A stretch of 64,000 bases of DNA. Origin: Bdellovibrionia bacterium (GTDB lineage: Bacteria > Bdellovibrionota > Bdellovibrionia > Bdellovibrionales > JAGQZY01). A program made the translations under genes and the position numbers. This document shows, in pieces, positions 1-9,594 of the stretch (its first letter is position 1; every line of letters begins with the position of its first letter). A model generated the notes under the pieces. The model saw only the letters and a list, made by a program, of their open reading frames with translations, made no database searches and had not been told where the DNA came from. Where the stretch lies: NCBI GenBank assembly GCA_030427805.1, contig JAUICP010000003.1, positions 515,758 to 579,757 on the forward strand, in the 5' to 3' direction.

Positions 1-1
1 T

Positions 2-739
2 TTAGGGCGAGCTTCATATAGACTAGGAAATTATCAGCAGTCCGCCGATGCCTTTGCTCGACTCGATGAAACTCCTGAACTTCTCGAGGGTGGTCTCTTA
101 GAATATGGATTGAGTTTAGAACAACTTGGCCAGCTGGAGAAGTCCACTCAAGTTTTGTATAGAGCTCTCAGCGGAAACGAAAATAACGAGTTAGTCGTCG
201 AAAGTCTCGTTCGAGTTCTTAGCGCACAAAATAAGATGACCGATGCCATTAGCGTTATCGGAACTTACCTATTTCGATTTCCCGCCGAAGAAAAAAAGTG
301 GAAAAGTCGAGTGGATCAACTTTTTGCCGAAGCTGAAAAAACAGAGCCGCTTTACAACTCATCACAAATTTACCTGGCTGGCTTTAACAAGAAATACCAC
401 ATTCCGGTTGAGTTTCCACAAATCAGCAAGACAGAGCTCTTTCTGATTTCTTCTAAGTCAGAATTTATGACTCTGAGCACTCAGTTTGTAAAAGAAAATG
501 GATTGAAGATTTCAAGACGTCTTGGAAGAGTCAAAATGAACACTTCTATGAATAGAGAGATCATTGGGGAAAAGGTCATTCTTGGTCAAATGAGAATGGG
601 ACCTTGGCTCCTACGAAATGTTCAAGCTGTCATCTGCAAGGACTGCGCATCAGTTGTTGGCCGTTCCGTGCTAAAAACTTTTAAGACAGAAGAGTCAAAG
701 CTTTCGAATACAGATTTGATGGCTCTCAATATCCGCTAA
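2..739 (+). CDS. TPR-repeat protein, 5' end outside window
   Basis: Frame 2 is open from nt 2 (LGRASYRLGNYQQSADAFARLDETPELLEGG...) into track ORF 110..739. The N-part has TPR-like helix spacing. The C-terminal ~110 aa (YHIPVEF..LFLISSKSEFMTLS..VILGQMRMGPWLLRNVQAVIC) has a retropepsin-like strand pattern, but no DTG/DSG motif is present. Confidence 0.55.
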   Translation, partial: LGRASYRLGNYQQSADAFARLDETPELLEGGLLEYGLSLEQLGQLEKSTQVLYRALSGNENNELVVESLVRVLSAQNKMTDAISVIGTYLFRFPAEEKKWKSRVDQLFAEAEKTEPLYNSSQIYLAGFNKKYHIPVEFPQISKTELFLISSKSEFMTLSTQFVKENGLKISRRLGRVKMNTSMNREIIGEKVILGQMRMGPWLLRNVQAVICKDCASVVGRSVLKTFKTEESKLSNTDLMALNIR

Positions 740-829
740 ACTAGTCTATGTTCTGGGTCTCATGCATTTAGATCCAGTTCCCTGAAAATTCGATTACTCT
801 GCGGCTTCATCCTGCTAAAGTACTAAGAT

Positions 830-1945
830 ATGGATCAATCAGATTTAGCGATCGTACTTACAGGTGGGGGCTCAAGGGGTGCCTATCAAGCAGGTGTTGT
901 CAGAGCACTCTGTGATATTCAAACGGCCAACAAAGCGCAATTCGCTCCCAAAATAATAACCGGTTTAAGTGCTGGCGGCATTAACGCCGTTTTTCTCGCA
1001 AGCCAAGCGCACAATTGGAAACGAGGGGCGCAACGGCTCAGCGCCCTTTGGACGCGTCTACGATTTCAAAGGGTCTTTAGAACTGACCCCTTTTCGTTCG
1101 GGCAAATTGGAATGAAGTGGATCAGAGATACCACCATGGGAGCTTTTGTCAGTCGGAAGTACGCACAGTCACTGCTTGAGACCGGCCCCCTTAAAGAATA
1201 TTTGCGAATCGGCCTCCCCTTCCACCTCATAGATAGTCATATCGCTAATTCCTATTTAAAGGCCGTTTCTGTCACGAGCTTTTGCTATACAAATAGCCAA
1301 TCCACAAGTTTTTATATGGGTTCTCCGGATCTCAATGACTGGAAAGCGGGCCCTCGAATCGGAGTTCGTGAGCGCCTAGAAATCGAGCACCTCATGGCTT
1401 CATCGGCCATTCCCATTCTCTTCCCACCCATTCAAATTGGTCATCGCTTTTTTGGCGACGGCTGCTTGCGAAACGACTCTCCCCTGAGCCCGGCCATTAA
1501 CCTGGGGGCTAATCGAATTATTGTTATCGGGGTTTCCCAGTCGCAAATGGAAAAGAATAATATTGAAGATCGCTTTGAACCCTCAATTGCCCGGGTCTTC
1601 GGAATGATTCTCAACGACCTGATGCTCGACTCCGTGGATACGGATATTTCAAAAGCGATGCGAATTAACGATGCCTTGGATAAGAAAAGCAGTGATGATC
1701 TTCGACATTTAGATATCCTCTGGCTTCGGCCCAAGCAAAACATTGCACAAATTGCCGAAAAGCACTTTAAAGAGCTTCCCAATATCGTTCAATACCTTCT
1801 CAAAGGGCTCGGTTCTTCCCATGAGGCCTCTGAAATAGCGAGCTATATTCTTTTTTGTTCTGGTTTTTTACGTGAAATCATTGAGCTCGGATATAAGGAA
1901 ACTATGGCCCGAAAAGAAGAAGTGGCCGAATTTCTAAAAGAATAG
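830..1945 (+). CDS. patatin-like phospholipase
   Basis: Three patatin-family motifs: GGGSRGAYQAGV (GGxRG oxyanion motif), GLSAGG (GxSxG nucleophile) and FGDGCL (catalytic Asp DG motif). Confidence 0.88.
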   Translation: MDQSDLAIVLTGGGSRGAYQAGVVRALCDIQTANKAQFAPKIITGLSAGGINAVFLASQAHNWKRGAQRLSALWTRLRFQRVFRTDPFSFGQIGMKWIRDTTMGAFVSRKYAQSLLETGPLKEYLRIGLPFHLIDSHIANSYLKAVSVTSFCYTNSQSTSFYMGSPDLNDWKAGPRIGVRERLEIEHLMASSAIPILFPPIQIGHRFFGDGCLRNDSPLSPAINLGANRIIVIGVSQSQMEKNNIEDRFEPSIARVFGMILNDLMLDSVDTDISKAMRINDALDKKSSDDLRHLDILWLRPKQNIAQIAEKHFKELPNIVQYLLKGLGSSHEASEIASYILFCSGFLREIIELGYKETMARKEEVAEFLKE

Positions 1946-2073
1946 GCATTAACGCGCAAAGCTATAGGTCAATCCAGCACTTTTCTTTCATTTTGCGCGA
2001 GTTAAACATGACAGTTGATTCATGTTTCCCTAAAATCTCGATACGGAATATATAAAACGCTAAAGGATTTCAT

Positions 2074-3306
2074 TTGGAATTACTTCCTAGCTTACTCTTT
2101 CTCATTGTCATGTCTCGCCTTCTCGGAAGGTTAGCTAAATCTCTTGGACAAAATGAGATTATTGGAGAAATTGCCGCCGGCTGTATCTTGGGGCCCATGA
2201 TTTTTGGCCTCGTTTCAATTACACCCGAACTTAAAGGTGTTGTTGAATTGGGGATATTCCTTTTGATTTTCAATGCCGGACTTGAAATCGAATTCCACGA
2301 AATTGTCGATGCCATTAAAGGAAAAGCCATTGGTTCGGCCATTGTCGGTTTTCTTGTACCACTTGTTTCTGGAATATTTCTTTGTTTGCAGTTCGATATG
2401 AGCCTGGCTTCGTCCACTGTGGTTGGACTTTGTTTGGCTATTACAGCACTGCCAGTGGTCATCCGCCTCCTATCGGCAAATAATCTCATAGACACTAAAT
2501 TCGGCCACAATGTTCTTGGGGCGGCAGTGATTATCGATATTCTCGCACTTCTCGTTCTCGGTGTGGTTTTTGAGTTGGGTGATGAAGTCGATTTTATGGG
2601 AATTCTCACAACTGTGGGAGTCACCGGAGCAAAAATTATCGGTTTCTTTATTGTGGTATTGATTGTGAATCGCTTTCTTCGAAAAGAGATTACAACGATC
2701 GAAAGGACCCGAAATATCGTCGATAAAATGTTTAAACTCTTGGGTGAGGAAGCTGTTTTTGGTATCGCAGTCCTCTTTGTCTTGCTCTTCAGCACGGTGA
2801 CAGAACATTTAGGACTTCACTTTATCATCGGCGCTTTCTTTGGCGGACTCTTGCTCAATAAAGATATTATTGGGGACGAGTTCTTCCCCCCACTCACTCG
2901 AACCGTCGACTCGGTGAGCTCAGGCTTTCTAACACCCGTATTTTTTGCCTTTATCGGTCTTCAATTAAGTACGGAAGCCTTCAATAATTTGAGCTTTCTC
3001 GCAGCTGTTTTTGCCCTAGCCTTCATCTCTAAGTTCGTTGGTGGCTACATTGGCACGCGAATTATGGGAGTGAGTCACCGAGCTAGTAAAAAAATGGGAA
3101 TCTTCCTCAATGCCCGAGGGGTTCTCGATCTCGTTATTGCCGACATCGCATTTGACCGAGGCTACATCGAAAGAGATGTATTCTCTATACTTGTAATCAT
3201 TGGTATCTCATCAACAATACTCACACCATTGTTTTACAAAATGTTATCTCGCGATAATGAGCCGATTGATACCGCAGACTCCGGCCCTGCTGTTACAAAT
3301 TCATAA
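2074..3306 (+). CDS. cation:proton antiporter (Na+/H+ exchanger, Kef-like family)
   Basis: 410 aa polytopic membrane protein. The N-terminus LLGRLAKSLGQNEIIGEIAAGCILGP is typical of the Na_H exchanger family. TTG start with AAGGA 6 nt upstream. Confidence 0.87.
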   Translation: MELLPSLLFLIVMSRLLGRLAKSLGQNEIIGEIAAGCILGPMIFGLVSITPELKGVVELGIFLLIFNAGLEIEFHEIVDAIKGKAIGSAIVGFLVPLVSGIFLCLQFDMSLASSTVVGLCLAITALPVVIRLLSANNLIDTKFGHNVLGAAVIIDILALLVLGVVFELGDEVDFMGILTTVGVTGAKIIGFFIVVLIVNRFLRKEITTIERTRNIVDKMFKLLGEEAVFGIAVLFVLLFSTVTEHLGLHFIIGAFFGGLLLNKDIIGDEFFPPLTRTVDSVSSGFLTPVFFAFIGLQLSTEAFNNLSFLAAVFALAFISKFVGGYIGTRIMGVSHRASKKMGIFLNARGVLDLVIADIAFDRGYIERDVFSILVIIGISSTILTPLFYKMLSRDNEPIDTADSGPAVTNS

Positions 3307-3336
3307 TTACCACGCTCACTCTTAGAAAAGGCTTCA

Positions 3337-4614
3337 ATGAATCAAGATATTCATCTCGTCATTGATTTTGGTACTACAAACTCTCTTGTCGCCTATGCCG
3401 ACTCTAAGGGAGCCCATGAACCCATTCATATCCCCGGACAAACAGAAGGCACACCCGTCGTTCGCAGTCTTCTCTATTTTCAAGAAGATCATGAGCCGGT
3501 CTTTGGCATCGAGGCACAGAGGCTATTTGTAGCTAACAATTACGAGGGGAGACTTCTTCGTTCGGTTAAAAAGTTTCTCGCCCAAGAGAGCTTCAAAGGA
3601 ACTCAAATTGGTCAAAAGTTTTATCGCGTCGAAGACATCCTTGGTGCCTTTTTAAAATACCTTAAAACAGGCGCTGAAAAGGTCTTAGAGAAAAGTGTCG
3701 ACCAGGTGGTTCTCGGGCGACCAGCCCGATTTTCTCCCAGCGAAAAAGGGGACCAATTAGCCCACGACAGACTTTTAAAGGCTGCTCAATTCGCTGGTTT
3801 TAAAGAAATTGATTTCTTACAAGAACCTCTCGCTGCGGCTCAAAACTACAAAAAACAGCTCAATGGTGAAAAATTAGTAGCCGTGGTTGACCTCGGTGGT
3901 GGTACTTCTGATTTTACAATCATCAAGCTTTCTGGAAAAACCTTTAAGGCAGAAGATGTTTTAGCGGTAAACGGAATTAATATCGCTGGGGATGTTCTCG
4001 ACGGTAGTATTATGAAAAACCTAGTGGCGCCCGAGTTTGGGAGTGAGGTCACTTATAAACTCCCCATGTCAGATAATATTTTACAGATGCCTCCATTGGT
4101 AAAAGATAAACTTCTCTCTCCACCTGATATTGCTTTTCTTAAAGCTTCTGACATTCAGGATTTTATTGATTCCATTGAACGTTCACTCACCGACGAACGG
4201 GAGCAGAAGAAACTCGACCGACTGAGAGTTCTCGTTGAGGACAATCTCGGTTTTGATCTTTTCGAGCGAATCGAAAAATCGAAGGTCGATGTCTGTGTCA
4301 ATAACCAAGCCCAATTTCAATTTGACTATCCGGAGCTGGAAATGAAAAAAGACTACGCCCTTTCGCAATTCGAAGACTGGTCAAAAAACAAAGTGGACCA
4401 GATCTTTGCTTGTTTTGATGAGACTTTTAGAATGGCCGGCGTTTCTAACTCCGATATTGAGGAGGTCTGCATCACCGGAGGTACCAGCCAGGTTCCCATT
4501 TTTAAAAAGCGCCTCTCCCAGTTATTTGCCGAAGATGTTCTTAATACCAACGAACACTTCCAATCGGTCACCCGAGGGATCGCCGTCTATGCCCATGAAA
4601 AGTATTACGCTTAG
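3337..4614 (+). CDS. Hsp70-family actin-like ATPase lacking a substrate-binding domain (YegD-like)
   Basis: IDFGTTNS phosphate-1 motif, DLGGGTSDFT phosphate-2 motif, GGTSQVP adenosine motif. At 425 aa it covers only the nucleotide-binding domain. Confidence 0.85.
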   Translation: MNQDIHLVIDFGTTNSLVAYADSKGAHEPIHIPGQTEGTPVVRSLLYFQEDHEPVFGIEAQRLFVANNYEGRLLRSVKKFLAQESFKGTQIGQKFYRVEDILGAFLKYLKTGAEKVLEKSVDQVVLGRPARFSPSEKGDQLAHDRLLKAAQFAGFKEIDFLQEPLAAAQNYKKQLNGEKLVAVVDLGGGTSDFTIIKLSGKTFKAEDVLAVNGINIAGDVLDGSIMKNLVAPEFGSEVTYKLPMSDNILQMPPLVKDKLLSPPDIAFLKASDIQDFIDSIERSLTDEREQKKLDRLRVLVEDNLGFDLFERIEKSKVDVCVNNQAQFQFDYPELEMKKDYALSQFEDWSKNKVDQIFACFDETFRMAGVSNSDIEEVCITGGTSQVPIFKKRLSQLFAEDVLNTNEHFQSVTRGIAVYAHEKYYA

Positions 4615-4690
4615 GACTCCAGCACCTTTAAGGCTCTTTAAACTACTAATTTTACTTGTGTATTGGGCCTTGTTTCAGACCTTACCTTCT

Positions 4691-4704
4691 TATATAATTA
4701 TATA
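4691..4704. promoter_or_regulatory. perfect 14-bp palindrome TATATAATTATATA, candidate operator or -10 region for the RHH gene
   Basis: Read directly from the sequence, 46 nt upstream of the ATG at 4750. RHH proteins usually autoregulate through inverted repeats. It could also just be AT-rich promoter DNA. Confidence 0.3.
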
Positions 4705-4749
4705 TAATTTTGGATATTGATTTACAGCGATATATAAATCGAGGGCCCT

Positions 4750-5034
4750 ATGAAGACGAAACGAATCAGCTTAATGATTGGCGAAGATCAACATGAACGC
4801 CTCCTGCAATCGGGAGCTAATGTCAGTGGCCTGATTCGGGACCTCATAGAGGACCACCTCAGCGACCATAAAATCACACTTGCAGTCAGTGAAGAGACCG
4901 CAGATATCTACAATCGCATTGTTTCAAATACTGGGAGTACAGACGAAGATATTGAACCTTACCTGAAAAGAAGTCTCAAAGAGATGCTTGGCGATCGAAT
5001 CAAAGCCATGACTAAACTGCACAAATCTCTTTAG
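4750..5034 (+). CDS. ribbon-helix-helix (CopG/Arc-like) DNA-binding protein
   Basis: N-terminal KRISLMIGEDQHERLLQSGANVSGLIRDLIEDHL fits a beta-strand then helix-helix RHH pattern. GAGGG RBS lies 6 nt upstream of the ATG. Confidence 0.55.
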   Translation: MKTKRISLMIGEDQHERLLQSGANVSGLIRDLIEDHLSDHKITLAVSEETADIYNRIVSNTGSTDEDIEPYLKRSLKEMLGDRIKAMTKLHKSL

Positions 5035-5125
5035 TTATATAAGCGAGTCTTTCGACTAATCCTCCCCCATTAGAAAAATACTAATGAACATTCCAATTGA
5101 TATTCGATAAAATAGTCTAGGAACT

Positions 5126-6883
5126 ATGGATTCAAAGCGCTACATACAGCTATTAAAAAAATTTGATGGATTAGACGCGGACACTGAGGGAGAGAACACC
5201 AGGTCGTCCGTGAGCTATGCTATTCTTTCGAATTCCGAAACCAATCAACTACAGAAGTGCCTTGGCGCGAGACTCTTTGAGCAAGGTTTTCAACCAAAAC
5301 TCATCAAGACTGAATTTAACAATTTTGCAACGGATAGCCTCGACACTGAAGGAGAACTCTTTCAAAGTGATCTCGATTTTGTATTCTTCGTTTTATCTCC
5401 AATGGGACTCAAAGAAACAATTCCCAGTGAACTCAATGAGCGGAGTCAATTTGCCAGTTCTTTTTTAAGTGAACTCGAAATGTTTGTTAAAAATTTTAGC
5501 AATAAGGGTGTGAAGGTATTTTTGGCCAATATACCGGAAACCTCCGAGAGAGTTTTTGGAAACATGAGTCGGATTTACCCTGCAAGCTTTCTCTACCAAA
5601 TTCAAGCCATCAATGCCGGAATCAATAATTTGGTCGCCAAATCCCAAGGCCTCTATCTTGTCGACCTTGCCTCGAAAGCAAATTACTACGGACTCAGCGA
5701 ATGGCACGATAACGGCCTTTGGCTGCAAGGGAAGTACCCTTGCCACCCGCGCTTCTTTCCTACGATATGTGATGAGGTCTCAGCCATATTTAGTAGTCTT
5801 GTTGGAAAAATTCAAAAATGCTTAGTGCTCGACTTGGACAATACACTTTGGGGTGGCGTCGCCGGAGACGATGGAATCGATGGCGTTAAAATTGGTGATG
5901 GAATTGTCGGCGAGGCCCATGTTCAATTCCAAAAGTACGTACTCGACCTTAAAAATAGGGGTGTCGTACTTACAATTGCCAGTAAAAACTACGAAGACGT
6001 CGCCATAGATATCATCGAAAACCATCCACGAATGATTCTACGAAAAAATGATTTCGCGGTTATAAAAGCGAATTGGGAAGATAAGGCCAGCAATATTCAA
6101 GAAATTGCTGCCGAGTTAAATATTGGCTTAGACTCGCTGGTGTTTCTCGACGACAACCCTTTTGAAAGAGGGATTGTTAGAGATCATCTCCCGCAAGTCT
6201 GCGTTCCAGAGCTTCCTGAGGACCCTACTGAGTTTGTGGACTTCCTGACTCAACTCAACCTCTTTGAGACAACACAGTTTTCTGACGAGGATTTATCTCG
6301 GTCTGAATTCTACTATTCGGAATCCGAAAGAAAGAGTTTGCAAAAAAATGCGGTCGATCTAAAAAACTATTTATCGATGCTCAACATGGAAGCCTGTGTA
6401 AAGCCCATCGACGAAAAAAGTCTTCCCCGATCGGTGCAACTCTCGCAAAGAAGTAATCAGTTCAATTTAAGAACCCAAAGAATCGATGAAATGACTTGCG
6501 AAAAGTATATTAAAGAGCCCGACAAATTCTGTTTCACCGTCGACCTTACCGATAAGTATGGGGCCTTAGGCATCATTAGTTGTGTTTTCATGAGCCTAAA
6601 AAAAGATCATTTGTACATTGATGAATTTATAATGAGCTGTCGAGTTCTCAAAAGAACTGTCGAAAGTCTTATTTTTAATGAAATTCTTAACATCGCTAAA
6701 GAAAATAAAGCTAAGTTTGTCGTAGGCGAATACATACGAACCAAGAAAAACAAGCTCGTTGAAAACCTATATCAAGATTACGGCTTCGAAAACACTGAAA
6801 GAAGTGACGAAGGTAGTCTTTGGAGGATCGAAGTGAGCGGATTTTCTGATTTAGACACCAGCATAAAAGTAAAGAGGAGTTAA
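5126..6883 (+). CDS. FkbH-like HAD-IIIC family protein (carrier-protein loader)
   Basis: CLVLDLDNTLWGGVAGDDGIDGVKIG carries the HAD motif I DxDxT at aa 236-240, codons 5831..5845. ASKN and LDDNP motifs follow. The C-terminal FIMSCRVLKRTVE block is typical of the FkbH family. Its stop is 2 nt from the ACP start. Confidence 0.82.
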   Translation: MDSKRYIQLLKKFDGLDADTEGENTRSSVSYAILSNSETNQLQKCLGARLFEQGFQPKLIKTEFNNFATDSLDTEGELFQSDLDFVFFVLSPMGLKETIPSELNERSQFASSFLSELEMFVKNFSNKGVKVFLANIPETSERVFGNMSRIYPASFLYQIQAINAGINNLVAKSQGLYLVDLASKANYYGLSEWHDNGLWLQGKYPCHPRFFPTICDEVSAIFSSLVGKIQKCLVLDLDNTLWGGVAGDDGIDGVKIGDGIVGEAHVQFQKYVLDLKNRGVVLTIASKNYEDVAIDIIENHPRMILRKNDFAVIKANWEDKASNIQEIAAELNIGLDSLVFLDDNPFERGIVRDHLPQVCVPELPEDPTEFVDFLTQLNLFETTQFSDEDLSRSEFYYSESERKSLQKNAVDLKNYLSMLNMEACVKPIDEKSLPRSVQLSQRSNQFNLRTQRIDEMTCEKYIKEPDKFCFTVDLTDKYGALGIISCVFMSLKKDHLYIDEFIMSCRVLKRTVESLIFNEILNIAKENKAKFVVGEYIRTKKNKLVENLYQDYGFENTERSDEGSLWRIEVSGFSDLDTSIKVKRS

Positions 6884-6885
6884 AA

Positions 6886-7128
6886 TTGACGAAACAAGAG
6901 GTTATACAAAAGCTACAGCCTATTTTTCGAGAAGTCTTTATGGACGAATCACTCAATATTTCTGAGGACCTGACTGCCGAAAATGTCGAAGCCTGGGACT
7001 CCCTATCTCACATAGACATGATTATTCGAGTCGAAGAAGAATTTCAGATTAAGATACCAACCTTAAAGGCCGCTAGTATGAAAAATACGGGTGAGCTTAT
7101 TACTTTGATTTCAGAAAGTCAGAATTAG
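6886..7128 (+). CDS. acyl/peptidyl carrier protein (DltC/ACP-like)
   Basis: 80 aa. VEAWDSLSHIDMIIRVEEEFQIKIP contains the phosphopantetheine-attachment DSL motif (Ser39, codon 7000..7002). TTG start with AGAGGAG RBS. Confidence 0.85.
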   Translation: MTKQEVIQKLQPIFREVFMDESLNISEDLTAENVEAWDSLSHIDMIIRVEEEFQIKIPTLKAASMKNTGELITLISESQN

Positions 7129-7157
7129 ATTTAAAAAAAGCACTCTACGAAAACGTC

Positions 7158-7568
7158 TTATTGAGTCTCAAGCAACTCTATTAAGCCAAAACCCAAGACA
7201 TAATAAAAACTAACTGGGTTTCCCGAAAAAAGAGGAGCCGGAGTCGAATCGGAGACCATCTGATAGCGAATACCTTGCTCCTCAAAAGATTTTAAAACTC
7301 CGGCAACATCTTGAGTTTCCCAGCATGTGTGATAGATGAGGCCATCACCTCTTTTTAGAATATTATCGATTGGCGATGGATGAGTGGCTGGCCAAATCAA
7401 CTCGACCCTGGGATGCTCGACATGATCAGCCTCGCAGACAAAAACTTTTTGACTCTCATCCTCCACATCGGGTCCCAGCTTATAACCCATTTTCTCTAAG
7501 AAGAACTTAGCAGAGTCCGGTTTTTTCAATGCCAATCCAAAATGTCTAAACTTCATTAAATCGATCAC
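7158..7568 (-). CDS. VOC/glyoxalase-fold protein (epimerase-like)
   Basis: 136 aa. FRHFGLAL...VELIWP...IYHTCWE...GFGLIELLE resembles the paired beta-alpha-beta-beta-beta VOC pattern with H/E metal ligands. It overlaps the upstream methyltransferase gene by 4 nt. Confidence 0.6.
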   Translation of the reverse strand: MIDLMKFRHFGLALKKPDSAKFFLEKMGYKLGPDVEDESQKVFVCEADHVEHPRVELIWPATHPSPIDNILKRGDGLIYHTCWETQDVAGVLKSFEEQGIRYQMVSDSTPAPLFSGNPVSFYYVLGFGLIELLETQ

Positions 7569-8458
7569 TTTAAAACCATAGCAAGGTTAATAGGCAGTTG
7601 TCTCTTCTCGGAATCCTCAAGACTCGTACCTGGATGGGGAGCATAAAATTCGCGCTCAACTTCAAAACCTGCAGACTCGCAAAGACTGCGAACTTCACCG
7701 ATTGTATTGAAAAGGTAAATATGATCGACAGCCGGAGCATTGCAACAGGTCGTTATAAATACTTTTGCCCCTGGATTGGATAGCGACTTGAGCTTTTTCA
7801 GAAATTCGAGGGGTTCCTCAACATGCTCTAAAACCTCACCCATAACTAAAAAATCAAAGCCTTGATCAACTTCCATCTCTAGAAAGTTTTGTTTTTTAAC
7901 GTGAACTTCCTTATCGGTACCCAGGGAACTCACTGCCTCTTTAGTTAGACGTATACTGGTATCGCTTAAATCCACTGCTAAAAAATGTTCAAACTTTGAA
8001 TGAGAAATGGCGTAGGTAAAATGCAATCCATGGCCAGGGCCCACCTCTAAATAGGATCCCTTTCTCTCTTTGGGGAGTATCTCGGTAAAGAACTCAAACA
8101 ACTGGCGATGATTACTCCAGAGAAACTGAGTTAAAGCTAAGCCGAGCATATAAAAGTTCATATACTCATCATTAAAATAAACCGCATCGGCTACCTCGTC
8201 GAAACGGCTAAATCGATATTTCTTATTCTTTCTAAAGTAGATTTGCTCTCCAAGAGTATCATTGACGATTTTATTGTAGGACTCTGCCAACTCGGCAATC
8301 CCCCGCCCTTCGTCGAGCTTGTTTTGAATATACTCTTTAAGCATGTTTTTTTCGTCTGAGGGAATCGTCTTAAGCGACTCCTCAAGAAAACTCTTTTGCC
8401 GAGGATTTTCGCTAATGATTGTGTCTACGAGTTGCTCAATAACATCTGAAGAATTCAT
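7565..8458 (-). CDS. class I SAM-dependent methyltransferase
   Basis: YLEVGPGHG (motif I, GxGxG), AVDLS (motif II acidic residue), FDFLVMGEVLEHV (motif III region). Confidence 0.8.
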   Translation of the reverse strand: MNSSDVIEQLVDTIISENPRQKSFLEESLKTIPSDEKNMLKEYIQNKLDEGRGIAELAESYNKIVNDTLGEQIYFRKNKKYRFSRFDEVADAVYFNDEYMNFYMLGLALTQFLWSNHRQLFEFFTEILPKERKGSYLEVGPGHGLHFTYAISHSKFEHFLAVDLSDTSIRLTKEAVSSLGTDKEVHVKKQNFLEMEVDQGFDFLVMGEVLEHVEEPLEFLKKLKSLSNPGAKVFITTCCNAPAVDHIYLFNTIGEVRSLCESAGFEVEREFYAPHPGTSLEDSEKRQLPINLAMVLK

Positions 8459-8538
8459 GGCAATCCAAAGAAAGGGTATTAAAAATTTTTAACCTATATT
8501 AGTATGTCTTAGTAGAAATCGAAATTGTAGGCCAGTTT

Positions 8539-9594
8539 ATGATATCGAGTGGGTTCAACTCAAGACGGCGATTTTTCGCTTTTATATTTATACTCATTTT
8601 GCCCTTAATCCTTCCCTGGGTAATAGAGCTACTCTACCTTGGCAACTTGAGATCCAGCTATGTTCAATTTTCAAATTTTTCCGGATCCTATAATGTCTAC
8701 CATCAAGTAATAGAGTCGCCAAAGAAGAGTCAAATTCTCATATTTGGCAATTCCGGTGGACTCTCTGCCATAGATCCAATCTACTTAGAACCTCTCTTCA
8801 AAAACGATTTAAATGAAGATGTCGAAGTAAGAAATATTTCCGTAACTGGAGATTCAGTAGCCCTTCCCTACCTCATCCTGGAAGATCTCATAAAAAAAAA
8901 CAAGAAACCCGAGTTGTTTATCTACCAGTTACCTGGCAATGAATCTCAATTCTATCATCCCTCTTCTAGGATATTATTCAAATTAACAGAGCACTACCGT
9001 CTCCTCTTGGAGGGTACAATTGACCTACAAACATTCGCTAAATTTTATGCGGTTAAAGCACTCGATTCAATGAGTGCTCTCCTCCATTTAATTCTCAATT
9101 GGGACGTCAGACTCACCAAAGAATTTATACAAGATTCGAAGACTAATAATGGAGCCAAATTCTACAAGGAAGTTCCACTCACAGAAAGCAATTACGACGT
9201 GGCCCCTAATGACCAGTATCCAGATCGTTCCCTTCTTTTTAAGGCTGCTTATAAATATACAAATGATCAACTGATTTGGTACAAGCTTCTTGAAAAATTG
9301 GCCGCAGAAAACCAGGTCCGCCTTGTTTACATGCTTTTTCCGTACAAGAGAAAAGGCTACCAAGAAAACAAATTTAACATCGCTCTCAATTTTGACTCTG
9401 TATTCAAAGAAAATATTCACCTTATGGGAATTACACGAAGTCAATTCGAATCGAGCCTTACGAAAGAGCAAATTAAAGATTTCGACGGTGATCCACACCA
9501 TTTTGGCCGAGATATTTCAATTCTACACTCTAAATGGCTTTACCCACAGATGCTACGACATCTAAAAGAGACTAGAGGCAAAAATGAAGAATAA
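8539..9594 (+). CDS. N-terminally membrane-anchored SGNH/DltD/AlgJ-like putative extracytoplasmic acyltransferase
   Basis: One N-terminal TM helix (FFAFIFILILPLILPWVIELL). ILIFGNSGG gives a GxS block with Ser72. The C-terminal FDGDPHHF gives Asp318-x-His320, like SGNH block V. It sits directly upstream of the microprotein and MBOAT genes. The fold assignment is not verified. Confidence 0.5.
   Translation: MISSGFNSRRRFFAFIFILILPLILPWVIELLYLGNLRSSYVQFSNFSGSYNVYHQVIESPKKSQILIFGNSGGLSAIDPIYLEPLFKNDLNEDVEVRNISVTGDSVALPYLILEDLIKKNKKPELFIYQLPGNESQFYHPSSRILFKLTEHYRLLLEGTIDLQTFAKFYAVKALDSMSALLHLILNWDVRLTKEFIQDSKTNNGAKFYKEVPLTESNYDVAPNDQYPDRSLLFKAAYKYTNDQLIWYKLLEKLAAENQVRLVYMLFPYKRKGYQENKFNIALNFDSVFKENIHLMGITRSQFESSLTKEQIKDFDGDPHHFGRDISILHSKWLYPQMLRHLKETRGKNEE

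Noticed and set aside
1950-2027. Two hairpins after the patatin gene (CGCGCAAA...TTTGCGCG and AAACATGA-N8-TCATGTTT), considered as terminators.
   Set aside because: Neither is followed by a T-tract in the direction of the upstream gene. They may be regulatory for the antiporter gene, but I cannot support a specific call.
2070-2795. 241-aa minus-strand ORF (and 2470..2808) antisense to the antiporter gene.
   Set aside because: It is a shadow ORF of a strongly supported membrane-protein gene. The translation is low-complexity and S/T/R/I-rich, with no motifs and no independent start context.
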